A DNA stretch of 64,000 bases from Felis catus (lineage: Eukaryota), in contig NC_058368.1 in NCBI RefSeq assembly GCF_018350175.1, forward strand, positions 155,188,001-155,252,000. Direction: 5' to 3'. Position numbers and translations under genes: made by a program. How positions within the stretch are numbered: position 1 is the first letter of the stretch; every line of letters starts with the position of its first letter. The notes beneath the pieces are model-generated. The model made no database searches, was not told where the DNA came from, and saw nothing but the letters and a program-made list of their open reading frames with translations. This document shows, one piece after another, positions 26,345 to 39,052 of the stretch.

Positions 26345-26872
26345 TTGCCTGTTGCTATATAATGAACTATCCCTAAAATTTATTTATCGTTTTATTATTT
26401 TTTCATTATTTTGTTGGTCACAGAGCAGGATTCAAGTTGGGCAATTCTTCTGCTTCATAAGGTGTCATTTCATGATATTCATCTAGTGGTTGAGCTAGTC
26501 TGGATTACTTACACACGTGCTTTAGCCTGGAATGGGATACCTGAAATCACCAGAAATTGGCCAACATTGGTCTCTTTCCTTCCTGTCTCTCTATGTGACT
26601 GGCTCAGGCTTCCTCACATCAGGGCAGTCTCAGGGTAGTCATATTTCTTACATAGTAGATCAGGGCTTCAAGAATGAGTGCTCCAGGAGATAGGAAGTAG
26701 ACCTTTCTAGTCTCTTAAGGGATGGACCCAGAAACCGGTGGAGGATCCCTTCCATTATGTTCCACTGCTGAAAGAGGTCACAGAACTCACCAGATTCAAG
26801 ACTAGGAGACACAGACCCACTTCTCAATAGGAAAAATATTTAAGATTTTGTGGTCATCTTCTATCTGCTACA
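26345..26872 (-). mobile_element. Old MaLR LTR (MLT1H/I-like)
   Basis: GGCTTCCTCACATCAGGGCAGTCTCAGGGTAGTCATATTTCTTACATAG...CAGATTCAAG...CACAGACCCACTTCTCAATAGG. Confidence 0.7.
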
Positions 26873-27554
26873 AGACAATGTCTCATTTTAGAACTGCATT
26901 GTTAAAATTTTTCTCACAAAGAATATACACTGTATCCAATTTCCTTACTGGAAACCCCCAATTTTCAGGACTAATTTCAGTGTTCCCAGACAAATAGAAA
27001 AAAAAAAAAAAAAAAAAAACTAACAAAGTCATAGAAAAGCCTGGAGACATATGAAAATAAACTGTGTGTCACATAGAGTATATATCCTACTATGCCCAAT
27101 CCAAGAGTAAGTCCAACAGAAAAGGTAATAATGAATTAGGAGATTTTTGCTTTAGGTAATTAGTTAGCTAGTTAAAGTTGGATTAAGAAGAAATCATTCG
27201 AATGCAAAGATAAGAATATAACATGCTAAGCCCTAAGAGAATAACTGCCATACTGAAACTTTAGTTTCAAAGAGTTTATGTGTCTTGTAAAAACCTCAAC
27301 TTAATTTTGGAAATGGTTTTGTAGCATAATTTACATTCTCAGACCAACAAGACTGATTTCATAAGCCATATTGAGCAATCAACTTAATTACTCCACAGGC
27401 ACTCAGATAGTTCCCCAAATTAATCAAAGTCAAAGTCAAGTATGTCCTTACTGAAAGAATCCCAGATAAAAAGAATACCGGTTCCAATCTCTTTATAGAA
27501 TAAGTATGGACTAGTCAAGTTGGTGGTTAGGTTAATGTCTATAAATTAAATCTG

Positions 27555-27712
27555 TCTTAATCTCCTCTTCTTATAAGGACACCAGTCAGATGAGATTAGA
27601 GCCACCCCGCGTAAATTTACCTTACTTTAAAGACTCTAACTACAGTCATATTCTGAAGTTCTGAGGTTAGAATTTCAACCTTTGAATCTAGGAGAAACAC
27701 AATTCAGCCCAT
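27555..27712 (-). mobile_element. MLT1 (A-C-like) fragment
   Basis: TAATCTCCTCTTCTTATAAGGACACCAGTCAGATG...CACAATTCAGCCCAT. Confidence 0.75.
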
Positions 27713-28147
27713 TCTAGGCAGCATACAAAAGGTTATCAGCAGATGTGCAGAACTAGGCCAGCAGCAAGGACTCAAGCATAAGAACCCACTCAAATACAGC
27801 CCCAGGAAGGTCTTGAACAGGAAACCAGTCTTATGAAAAATAGATACTTAAGGAAAAGCAAACAATAGAAATATAATGTTGAAGTTATTATAATGTATTG
27901 CTATATCTTCAGCAAAAAAACAAATAATCCAAAGGCTTTATTTATGTTATTTGTATACAATTACTTTAATATACATTACCTCATATTTTCACAAGGCCAC
28001 CACAGAACACATTTCATTAACCCATTTTGATTATGAGATTCTAAGAAACTAAAGAGGCTTATTCAAACTCATATACATTGCATAGTCAGGGTGTCCTAGG
28101 GATCTTGCCATGACACTGCCATCCTGCATGAGAAAGAAAAGAATACT

Positions 28148-28331
28148 GGGATGCCTGGGAGGCTCAGTTGGTTAAGTGTCCAACTCTTGATTTCAGCTCA
28201 GGTCATGATCTCACAGTTGTGAAGTCAAGCCCCGTGTTGCAGGGCATGGAGCCTGCTTAAGATTCTCTCTCCCTCTTACTCTGCCCCTACCCCACTTGCA
28301 CTAGCTGTCTCTCTCAAGAAAGGAAGAAGGA

Positions 28332-28371
<40 letters not shown>

Positions 28372-28391
28372 ACAAAAGAAAGAAAGAACAA

Positions 28392-28435
<44 letters not shown>

Positions 28436-28470
28436 AAAAAGGAAGTAAAGAAAAGAAAGGAAGAAAAGAA
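28148..28470 (+). mobile_element. Can-SINE whose tail has expanded into a (GAAA)n microsatellite (about 28325-28440)
   Basis: SINEC head and body followed by a long GAAA array. Confidence 0.93.
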
Positions 28471-30083
28471 TGTAAACTGAAAATTTTGCTTTGATGAATT
28501 TTAAAAGTGATAAACTTAGCTCTCCTTGGCTTTTACTTGTGTGATGTTTTTTTTTTTCTTTTCTACCTAATGCTGGTTAGCATTAAACAGCCTACTAAAA
28601 GTAATCTATTGCAAATAGCCATAACCAATGCTTCATGACCATACAGAGTCCATTGCCACTTAGAGATCAGGCGATGTTCTTCAGAATATTGTAGGTTTCC
28701 TCACAGGTTTCAGAAGACATCACTAGCCATGACATCTCCATCTATAGGCAATGTTAGTAAGCCAGAAAACTTCTTTACCCCAGGTACTAAGAATGACCTC
28801 TCCTCAGATTGTACCAACTACTATTTTTCAAAGTCTGTTCTATAACCTACAATTTGTTTATCAGTTTACTTTGGCTTGATGCCATGGTTGGCTGTTAGTT
28901 CTGCAAGGCAGTTTAATGCTACGTATCTATATATCTTGACATTTCCTCTAGTCTCTTTGTTTTCAGTACAAGACAAATGGCTCCCTCATGGAAGTACTGC
29001 TGGGATTAAATGAAATAACAGAACTGAAGGCACTCTGTTTCTTTAAATGTGCAACATTGCCTGTCTTAGAAACAGAGGTCACAAAGATGATTACCAAAGA
29101 GCTCACGATCCGTTGGCAGAAATGGACGTTATACAAACGGGTATCAGCCTCGTTACAACTTAACCAAGAGTAAAATATTCATTCTCGTAAAGGAAGGAGA
29201 ATTTGGAGGAGAAAACACCTATGACTGGCATCCCTGGTCAAGAGAGAGGCAAGAAGTTACCAAAGAAAAATGAGCAGACAGAGCACAGTGTGTGTTAGGA
29301 GGGAGTATGTTTTAATGAAAACTTAGGAAAAGAGATTGGGACCATATCATGACACACTGTTAGTGCCCAATGAGGAATTGTGATATTATGTGAGTAGGCC
29401 TGGAAGGCCAATAAGGAGGTTTGCATGGAATGAAGAAGGGCCAAAAGTAACCCACTCCTACAGCAGTCTGACGAATATGTTTGCTTAGTCATTGTTGCTA
29501 AGGAAGAAAGGAAGGAAGGAAGGAAAGAAGAAAGGAAGAAGGGTTAGAATCCCAAATTGTGAATCCTGAATCCCATAATACCACCTAATGTCAAACTAGA
29601 TACAGGTGAATGTCTACCTTATTAGAACATCCCAAATTCCAATCTGGCCTTCCATCCTGGTAAAGTAGCCCTAACCATATATATTGCTGGGTTGGGGGGA
29701 TTCCTTTTGTGCCTTAACAAAAGGCCTACAGACAGACACAGCTGCGAGCTTCTAAACCACCTTCCCCCACCCAACCAGGTCTCCAACCTCTGGGTGTGGA
29801 CCCTCTGACTCATAAAAGAGGCATGAAAAAGAGATTGCTTTCCAAAGGGCCTAATGAAGAATCGTCACCAAATAAGAATTCAGTCTATGTGCCCTGTGCC
29901 CAACAGGCCTTCACGAGTATGGACATGGTCTTATGTATCTCACTACCCAAAGGGAAGAGAAGAGAGGAAAATAGAAAAGATCAATAGTAACACACAAAAA
30001 AATGGGTGAACAAGGAGTTCATTTCCCTAAAGCAAGATTCTCCTTCCTTTTCTGAATCCTGAATGCCTTTAATAGGATTATTT

Positions 30084-30283
30084 CTTTTAAGTTTATTTGT
30101 TTATTTATTTTGAGAAAGAGAGAGAGAGCACAGGTGCACACAAGGGAGAGGCAGAATCCCAAGCAGGCTCCACACTGTCAGTTCAGAGCCTGACATGGGG
30201 CTGAAATTCACAAACCGTGAGATCATGACCTGAGTCAAGATCAAGAGGTGGACGCTTAACCAACTAAGCCACCCAAGCACCCC
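30084..30283 (-). mobile_element. Can-SINE
   Basis: Reverse-complement SINEC; TSD AGGATTATTT. Confidence 0.95.
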
Positions 30284-30627
30284 TCCCAGGATTATTTAAT
30301 CTCTTCAACACCCTTGGAGAGAATTTAAATAATTTTTATGGCATTTAATAAAAGTAGTATATTTTTATTTTATATTATTAAGTTATGAAATAGTGTGCTA
30401 TGTAGTTTATTTCAAAGGGTATCTAAAGACTTATATAAAGAATTTTGGTGTTTTTACCTTTAACAAGAAATTCAGGTCATTTAAGTAAATCTAATTTATG
30501 TAATAAAAATCATGCTATTCTTGACTAACACAAGTTTAAAATAGCATGTTTTGTTTAAGTATATTAAAGTGTAGATAAAAATTAAACTACACTTGGATGC
30601 TCTGCTATAAATGAGAAGTTGACTAGC

Positions 30628-30848
30628 GAGGTGCCTGAGTGGCTCAGTCGGTTAAGCGGCTGACTTGGGCTCAGGTCATTTTCTCACAGTTTGTGGGTTT
30701 GAGCCCCACACTGGGATCCATGCTCCAGCTCAGAGATTGGAGCCTGGTTCAGATTCTGTGTTTCCCTCTCTCTCTCCACCCCTCCCCTGTTCGTGCTCTG
30801 TCTCTCAAAAATAAATAAACGTTAAAAAAATGTTTTAAGAAAAAAAGA
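30628..30848 (+). mobile_element. Can-SINE (SINEC_Fc)
   Basis: Full element; TSD AAGTTGACTAG. Confidence 0.95.
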
Positions 30849-31274
30849 AAAGTTGACTAGAAAGCTAAATTTTCTCTTTTTAACATTAATTCTTGAAATA
30901 TTATGCTCATTTTGGTTCCTATACGAGAATTTGACCAGATGACAGTTCCCACAACTGATACGATGTCTATGCTCCTCCTTCAACTTGTTATGTTTCCATT
31001 TCTTCTCCTTAAAAAACAGTCCACTATAGGTGTAATTAAACAATCGAAGAAAAAATTAAACTGGATAATATTTAACTAATGTAACACTGTATCAAATATA
31101 CTCAAATTTTTTAAATTTTGTAAAAACTGAAACACACACACATGCCCACACACATATACACACACACAGAGATTATGTTTAACCTTGACACATAAATCCC
31201 CTGAGTAACTGAGGATGAGAACAATCATCTTATCTCTACCTCCTCACTCAATTAGAGATGCCATTACGACCTAG

Positions 31275-31435
31275 AACGCTGGCTCCCAAGTGTGTCCCTC
31301 CACCCGTAGCATCCACATCCCCTGTGAACTTGATAAAACAAAAATTCACAGGTGCCAGCCCAGACTCTGAATCAGGATGATTCCCAGCAGTTTGTGGGCC
31401 TCCGGATACACATGAAAGTCTAACGCTGACCTAGA
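31275..31435 (+). mobile_element. MER5A-like remnant
   Basis: CTCCCAAGTGTGTCC...AGCATCCACATCCCCTGTGAACTTGATAAAA...CCCAGACTCTGAATCAG. Confidence 0.55.
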
Positions 31436-31677
31436 CCAAGTTGAAAGACCACACACCTTCACGAGGCATCCTTTGGGAAAATTTGCCCCAGAGGAATCAG
31501 AATGGCAAACTTCTCCAGCAGGCAGGCAGCCTCACAGAAACCAACACAAAACAAACCATCTGATTCCGTTTGCATTATTAATATAGCAGAAATATTCTAG
31601 GGGTGGAGGTGCTTTCTGCATAAAGAGAAGAACTGAAAGAAAACGGTTCAGTCTCACGTTTGTGGCATATTTTTAAA

Positions 31678-31883
31678 ATTTTTTTAATTTTTTTATTTAT
31701 TTTTGAGAGAGAGTACGTGCGGGAGGGGCAGAGAAAGAGAGACAGAGGGAGAGACAAAATCCGAAGCAGGCTCCAGACTCTGAGCTGTCAGTACAGAGCC
31801 CGACTCAGGGCTCAAAATCACTAACCATGAGATCATGACCTGAGCCAAAGTTGGACACTCAACCGACCGAGCCACCCAGGCGT
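31678..31883 (-). mobile_element. Can-SINE (SINEC_Fc)
   Basis: Reverse-complement element; perfect 20-bp TSD GTTTGTGGCATATTTTTAAA (31658-31677, 31884-31903). Confidence 0.96.
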
Positions 31884-31904
31884 GTTTGTGGCATATTTTT
31901 AAAG

Positions 31905-32100
31905 AGAATATAAGCTTTGGACTCTGACAGGTCTGAGCTTAAATGTTGGCTCTACTCTTTACTGGTCAGATGACTAGCCTAGAAAGGAAACTGAACAACT
32001 CTTCATCTGTAAAATGGAGATAATAAACTTGTCCTCATGGGATTATGGTGCAATTTTATGACCTGTCCTATGGAAAGGTAAACCCAGCATAAGAGCATCT
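31905..32100 (+). mobile_element. MIR fragment
   Basis: CTTCATCTGTAAAATGGAGATAATAA...CCTCATGGGATTATGGTG. Confidence 0.7.
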
Positions 32101-32698
32101 ATCTATTTGAACGGTAAAGTTGTAGGATAATTAACAGAAATTATTTTGGCTTTATTCTCCCTTTGTTTTTCCTTCCCCCTCTCTCCTGTCTTTTCTAGCC
32201 AAGGGCCACATCTGATGCTTTCTTGGTCTGGGATGGTGTGTGCAGAGCAGAATGCATAACCTGTATAAGACAACTGCTATCATTGGAGAGGTTGTGTGAG
32301 GTGTCCAGGAGGAAAGGAGAGCAAGGTCAGGTCTTGAAAAGAAAGTCCAGGGGAAGATTTCCCACATCCTGGAAGGAGATCAGAGCCTGCATGGCTCCTG
32401 TGAGAAGTGGGATCCATGCATTGTTCAAAGGTAGTGTGAGCAGGTGGTGGTGAGACCCAGGTTAATCGGGGAGGAAGGGCTCTGTATGACTCGTAGGACT
32501 GGAAAGCAAACACAGGGGCTCCTGGACGTGATGGAGATTCCTCGCCTAAAAGCAAAGAAGCAAAACCTCCTGACCAGAAATGTACACCCAGAGTAAGAGA
32601 ATGGGTGGCTTTAAAAGAAATTCCCCCAGTTGGCCAGTGATGGGCAGAAAATATGCAGTACTGCTGTGTAAGACCCCAGCCTTTGCAGCTGCAGTTAT

Positions 32699-32891
32699 CT
32701 GGCTCAGTTGGTTAAGCATTCAACTCAGGATTTCAGCTCAGGTTCATGGGTTCAAGCCACACTTGGGGCTCTGCAATGACAGTGCAGTGTGGAGCCTGCT
32801 TAAGACTCTCTCTCCCTCTCTCTCTAGCGATCCTCCACTCACTCATGCTCCCTCTCTCTCAAAGTAAATAAATAAACTTAAAAAAAAAAAT
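32699..32891 (+). mobile_element. Can-SINE, 5' end clipped
   Basis: TGGCTCAGTTGGTTAAGC...GGAGCCTGCTTAAGACTCTCTC...A tail; degenerate TSD AAGACCC..GCCTTTGCA. Confidence 0.9.
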
Positions 32892-33349
32892 CTTGAAGAC
32901 CCTGGGGCCTTTGCACAACACAGGAAGGAGAGAGAGTCCTAAATCAAACTGAACTTCCTGTCTGCCCCACAAGAAGGCTTGGGGATGGATCATAGTTGGC
33001 TTAAAGCATTCTAAAAATGCGAAGTTTCTTGTACCTACTATGTTTAGTATTAACAGCCACTTTACCTTCAAATTTACAGAGATATTTTCTATTTGGCTAA
33101 TGAAAGCAAAGTCACTGTCACATACAAAATGGGAAGGGCCAGCATCCCCCTTGCATCCTAAGAAAGGAGGGTGACAATGTGGGCCTTGACTGAAAACCTA
33201 CAAAAAACTTACACATGTGGGTTTTAGTAAATGTAAGGTAGTGACTTTTCAAATCTCATTTGAGTCTACATTTGTAAAGCAAGATTCTGGGACTTAATCC
33301 TTCTTATAATTAAATTATTTCTATTTTCTTATAAAATGATTTGTATAGA

Positions 33350-33555
33350 GGGGCACCTGGATGGCTCAGTGGTTAAGCATCCTTGATTTTGACTCAGGTT
33401 ATGATCCCAGGGTTGTGGGATCAAGCTCCATGTCTGGCTCCACGCTGAGCATGAATCCTGCTTAAGATTCACTCTTTCCCTCTGCCCCTCTCCCCTGCTC
33501 GCACTTGCTTTCTCTCTAAAATAAAAAAAAACATATATGAACAAACAAATAAAAA
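33350..33555 (+). mobile_element. Can-SINE
   Basis: GGGGCACCTGGATGGCTCAG...; TSD AAAATGATTTGTATA/AAATTATTTGTATA. Confidence 0.93.
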
Positions 33556-34413
33556 TTATTTGTATACAAAAGTGCTCATTGAACTAGGTCCTTACAGGAT
33601 ATATAAGTGGACTACAAAGGCCATTATGAAATCAGTGGGCCCTTCCTTTTCCATGAGAGTCCCAGACCAATGGGGCTCAAGTAAGAAACATGTCCAACAA
33701 CATCAGAAGTAGTCATAAGTTCTCTGAGCACATGCCTGATAAATCACAACATCCATATTATTGTGTAAAAGAGAAAATAGAAACATCCCAACATAAAAAG
33801 GGCATAGAATCTGACCTTCGTGCTCAACCAGATGACGTCAGTGGAATGGTGGTCAATATCCTTGGAAACATGGTAAAGCTCTAGAAACACAGGCTATTTG
33901 AACACGTTGGCCATTTGAAGTTCTTCAGGAATTGCTGAACTGTTTCAAATCTAAAATTATGATTTAGGAAAGTACAGTTCAGTACTGGCAAATTATAATT
34001 AAGTAAACTAGCCAATTCAATATAATTTCCTATTAGCTCACTCACATTTTGAGATATGTTATCTGAGGCAATTATGTTGTGACACTACATTTACATGCAT
34101 TTTGAAATTCTTGGTGGTGACTAAAGGAACGACTCAGATCAATTCTGCTTTCTTAATCTCTGGGGCAAGCAAAATACTCACTGTATATAAAAGGCATAAT
34201 CTCTACCCTCCCATACGAGAGAAAATTTTTCTTCTATCCCATAGGCCTGTGAAGTTTTTTCCCTCTGAGATTTTGACAGCCCATTTAACCCAACAGGTCA
34301 AGGCATAGAGCAGATTATGACTGCCATGATTGATATTTATTGTATCCTAGAGTTTGCCAGCCAATGAAAGGGGCCCAAACAAGGAAAAATGTATAAAAAC
34401 ATAAAGGGTTCAT

Positions 34414-34645
34414 GGGGCACCTGGCTGGCTCAGTCAGTTAAGCGTCGGACTCTTGATTTCAGTTCAGGTCATGATCTAGTGATTGGTGAGTTCGAGTCCC
34501 ACATCTGCACTGCCATCATGGAGCCTGCTTGGGATTCTCTCTCTTCCTCTCTCTCTGCCCCTCCCCCCCCCAACTCTCTCTCTGTCTCTATCAAAATAAA
34601 GAAGTGAACTCTAAAAAAAGAGAAAAAAATTGAAAAGCAAAACAA
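34414..34645 (+). mobile_element. Can-SINE
   Basis: Full element; TSD ACATAAAGGGTTCA/ACATAAAAGGTTCA. Confidence 0.94.
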
Positions 34646-34701
34646 GACATAAAAGGTTCAAAAGAGAAATCATAGCTTGTTACTTAAGAGTATGGGACTC
34701 T

Positions 34702-34905
34702 GGGGGTGCCTGGGTGTCTCAGTCAGTTGAGCATCCAGCTCTTGATTTTGGCTCAGGTCAGGATCCCAGGAAGATGGAATGGAACCCCATGTCTGACTTC
34801 ACACTGAGCGTGCAGCCTACTTAAGATTCTCCCTCTCTTGTTCCCTCTGCCTCTCTCTGTCTCTCTCTGAAATAAAAAAAGAAAAAAGAAATAAATTAAA
34901 TGAAA
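34702..34905 (+). mobile_element. Can-SINE inserted in the 5' end of a MIR
   Basis: SINEC body; degenerate TSD AAGAGTATGGGACTCTGG/AAGAGTGTGCGACTGTGG. Confidence 0.92.
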
Positions 34906-35128
34906 AAGAGTGTGCGACTGTGGGGGCCAACTGTCTGCCTGGCTTCCAATCCTCCTCTGAGCTTCCGAGCTATGTAACTTTGGGCATGGTGCTCTGCCCT
35001 GCCATGGATTCGTTTCCTTATCAGTAAATTAGCCATAATAACACTGTCTACTTCATGGGGGGCAGGAAGTGTGAAGTGAATTAACATTTGTAAAGTGCTA
35101 GAACAATACCTGCCCATCTAAACAGTGT
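34906..35128 (+). mobile_element. MIR
   Basis: GCTATGTAACTTTGGGCA...GTTTCCTTATCAGTAAA...ATTTGTAAAGTGCTAGAACAATACCTG. Confidence 0.75.
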
Positions 35129-35129
35129 T

Positions 35130-35340
35130 TGTATATACATATATATATATGTATATATGTACATGTATATGTATATTATATATGTATGTATATGTATGTA
35201 TATGTATATATATGTATGTATATGTATATTATATATGTATAATATATGTATACATACATATAATATAATATATGTATATATATTAACATATATAATAATA
35301 TATATGTATGTATATATACATATACATATATATATACAAT
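35130..35340. repeat. Degenerate (TA)n/(TATG)n array
   Basis: Read directly from the sequence, about 210 bp. Confidence 0.95.
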
Positions 35341-35806
35341 AGGTATGGTATATAAGAAGGTAGGCTAAGGTATCTTCAAATCTTTGTTTCTTTCCCACTG
35401 ATACATTTAGTTTATAAGAAAATGGGAGAACCTATCTAGTAAATGATATATTTATGTCAGGTCCAAGAGTTCATATTAAGTTACAACATTTGTATAAAGA
35501 TTTTAGTATGGGTAAGATTTCTCTAAACAAGATTTAACTGGTAGGTGGTGGTAGTTTGTTTCTACTCTTGGTATTTTCGAAGTCTGAAGTGGGATTATCT
35601 TTAACTTGCCTGTTGGAAAACTCTAATAGGCCAAGTTTCTGAAATGAAAGTTTTATTCCAGATTTATTGACTGGCCACAAAGTTTTACATAAAAATGTCT
35701 AGGACTTTGGGGGGTGGGGAGTGATGTAAAACATAGTACCAGAAGCCAAATTAAGAAGAGAGCAGACCGAAAGTTAAAAACAACTTTTTTTATTGAAAAA
35801 CAATTG

Positions 35807-36025
35807 TTTTTACTGTTCATTTATTTTCGAGAGAGAGAGAGAGAGAGAGAGAGAGAGCATGAGCAGGGGAGGGGCAAGAGAAAGAGGGAAACACAGAATC
35901 TGAAGCAAGCTCCAGGCTCTGAGCTGTTAGCACAGAGCTCAACACAGGGCTCGAACCCATGAACCACAAGATCATGACTTGAGCTGAAGTGAGACGCTTA
36001 AGCGACTGAGCCATCCAGGCACCCC
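35807..36025 (-). mobile_element. Can-SINE (SINEC_Fc)
   Basis: Reverse-complement element with (GA)n; TSD AAAAACAATT. Confidence 0.95.
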
Positions 36026-36604
36026 AAAAACAATTTTAAAGAATCCAATTCAACTAACAGTTAGGCTCTGCTGATATGCTAGAACTTTCACATTTGTTAT
36101 CATTTTCTACATTATTTACTAACATCTGCATTTTATGTTTTAGAAAGGCTATAGAGAGGTAAAATGACCAAAGTTGATACATTGTTGAAACTTCTTTTGG
36201 AACCGAGTTTATGTGGTTTCAACCCAGGGTTCTTCCCATTCTGTCAAAGCTTCCAAGATAAATCATCCAATCTAAAGACAAGGTGTGATTTAATAGTTCA
36301 AAGGAAAGGGGACCAAAGTGGATAAAAACACGCAAAAAATTTCCCAGGCAGAGGCTGAAAAGTGGTTAGAATGTGGGGAGGTAGATGGGAAGAGAAAGGC
36401 CACAATGGAAAGTTGAGTAGAAGCAAGGAGGCTTAGCCAGACTAACCAGCAGGGAGACAGGAATAGTGATAAAGATGATTCCACCATTACAATAGAGGGA
36501 AACAGGCAGCAAAGGTGACACTTGATGTTGGGAGCTCAGGAGCCTTTGTACTTACAAAGGTTTTTCAGCAGAGACGTGGGTATGTCACACACATGTGTTT
36601 AACT

Positions 36605-36708
36605 GGGGCACCTGGGTGGCTCATTTGGTTGAGTGTCTGACTCTTGATTTTGGCTCACTTCGTGACCCTACGGTCATGGAATCCAGCCCCGAGTGCAGCC
36701 TGCTTAAG

Positions 36709-36760
<52 letters not shown>

Positions 36761-36848
36761 CCCACCTCTGCCCCCTCCTAATGCATGTGCAAGCGCGCAC
36801 TCTCACTCTCTCTCTAAAATGTAAAAAAAATTAAACTAAATTAAATAA
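36605..36848 (+). mobile_element. Can-SINE with expanded (CT)n
   Basis: SINEC head, long CT tract, A tail. Confidence 0.93.
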
Positions 36849-38840
36849 AAACATGCGCTTAGCAACAGAATTAAAGAAAGGGAAGAAAGGTGGCCAGGAG
36901 AGCTGCTAGGAGACTGCCTAATTCAGGCAAGCTGTGATAGGTATCTGAGATTGTCTGATGGTTGTGGGATAAAAAGGACATAACATTACAGCAGTTGCCC
37001 TAAAGGCAAAATTTTAAGAACTTAATAATTATGAAGCATGAAGGAGAACAAGAAGTTAGACATGCCCTCAGGGCTTTGAGAACTTCAACAATGGGCATGC
37101 TGTTGGTAATCAAAGGAGGACTGAGCCAGGGAAGAAGAGAGGCACGCAGGTCTGGAAAAGACACAGGCAAAACCCTTGATTTGGAAGGAAATAAACATCA
37201 CCAACAGGAGACGCTGAGAAACCAAACTGAGCTTAATTCTAAGTTTGTTGAGCTCCACGTGATGCTGGGACACACCAATACCAATGTGCTGTGCAAACTC
37301 ACCCAGTAGGACGAAAACTCAGATAAGCAGTCAGGATGAAAATATCAATGTGAGAGTTATCAACACAAAGAAAACCGTAGAAAGGGAGCTACCGGATTAA
37401 GTAGCCTAAATGACCACTGAGATGTTCTACCTCATTCCTGAGCCACCAAAAGGAGTTTCAACTGGTGTATCTCGTGTTCTTCTATGTCTCAGTGAACACT
37501 ACAAAATGTTCAACATCTGACTTCTGGGGAGCAGGCAGGATGTGAGGGGCATTCTCATTATCTATGCATTTGCTTTTCATTTTTTATGAAGAGTAGCCTC
37601 TATTTCACTGTTGAAACCCCTGAAAAAGGAACACATGAGAGAATTTAAATGTGCTAAGAAATTTGAAATGCTAAAAATGGCACTTTAGCATTGGCTGTGT
37701 AAGAATTTCAATGTTCCTGCCAGCTCAGATACAGGCAATTTTATCTTTAATTACCAAAATAAATGTAATTTAAAATTTTTCTTGCATACCTAAAGTCAGA
37801 AAATAAAGTGCTCTTTTAAGTATAATAAAATGCCTTGATCTTAATTGGACAAATTATAGTCCCACAAAACCTTCAACGTTGGAGGAGGGCAGCAAAGAGA
37901 TCTAGTCCAACTCCCTTGGACGACAGACCAGGAGGTATGCTCTAAGCCACTGTTGGATGACAGCTGGGCTACATGATTACTTATACATACATCTTGTCAA
38001 CAGTCCTCAAACATCACCCAAGAACCTTATTCAGTCTGCAAAGTGACCAGATTCAGTATCTTAGATTGTCATAGACCGCAGCAGTGTCCAATTCTAACAT
38101 TAACCTAACTTAGGACAAAAACCAAGTCTTGGAAAATTCTGTTTCATTGGAAAAGTTTGCTACAGAAAATGCAGATCTGTTCTCTGAAGTCCACAGGAGA
38201 ATCATCAGAGGTAGTCAGAGCAACTGAACTACAGGGAATTGTGTTCCCCTTTCCCTCACATCTGGTATGGATTTATCATAATGAAAAAAAAAAAAAAGAA
38301 ATCATTTAAATTAGGCATGTGGATTTGTGCCTTGACCTTGTTAAGTGAAAAGTAGGTGTTACCCCCATGAATTTCTATGAAATTGGTAGTAAATGTGTAA
38401 AAGTCAAGCCCCCCTACAGCAGATTAAGAAGCCATGTGTTTGAAAGGGTAGAGACACCAAATGCTAGTCCATTCATGCATGGAATATATAGATACAACTT
38501 AGGTAATATAGTACAGATTTGAACTTGGTTCTTCATTTTTTTTTTTTTTTTTGATACAGCAAAAATATGTGGAAAAGGTAGAAGACAAGTAAGGGTAAAA
38601 TTAAAGGAATACTTCACCAGATTGCCTAGTTCTAGATGACCACGAAGACCAGACATTATAAATATGAATGGAGCATAAAGGAGATGAGATTGTTAAGAAC
38701 AAATGCTTTTCTTAAGAAGGGTTTGCCATGAAATTTGAGAAATTCTGTGATTATTTTTTTATCCTAGGAAAGAGTACTTTATGTCACTTGAGCTTTAAAA
38801 GTTAAAATTAAACTGCTGGGCTTTTAAAATAGAGTTTCTT

Positions 38841-39052
38841 GGGGCACCTGGGAGGCTCAGTCAGTTCAGCATCCTGGATTTCAGCTCAGGTCATGATCTC
38901 GTGGTTCATGAGTTCCGCCCTCAAGTCAGGCTCTGTGCTGACAGTGCCGAGCCTGCTTGGGATTCTCTCTTTCCCTCTCTCTCTCTCTCTCTCTCTGCCC
39001 CTCCCCCACTCATTCTCTCTCTCTCAAAACTAAAGAGACTTAAAAAAATTTT
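38841..39052 (+). mobile_element. Can-SINE
   Basis: Full element; TSD AATAGAGTTT. Confidence 0.94.

Noticed and set aside
35081..35398. Tyr/Ile-rich ORFs on both strands
   Set aside because: Artefact of the TA-rich simple repeat
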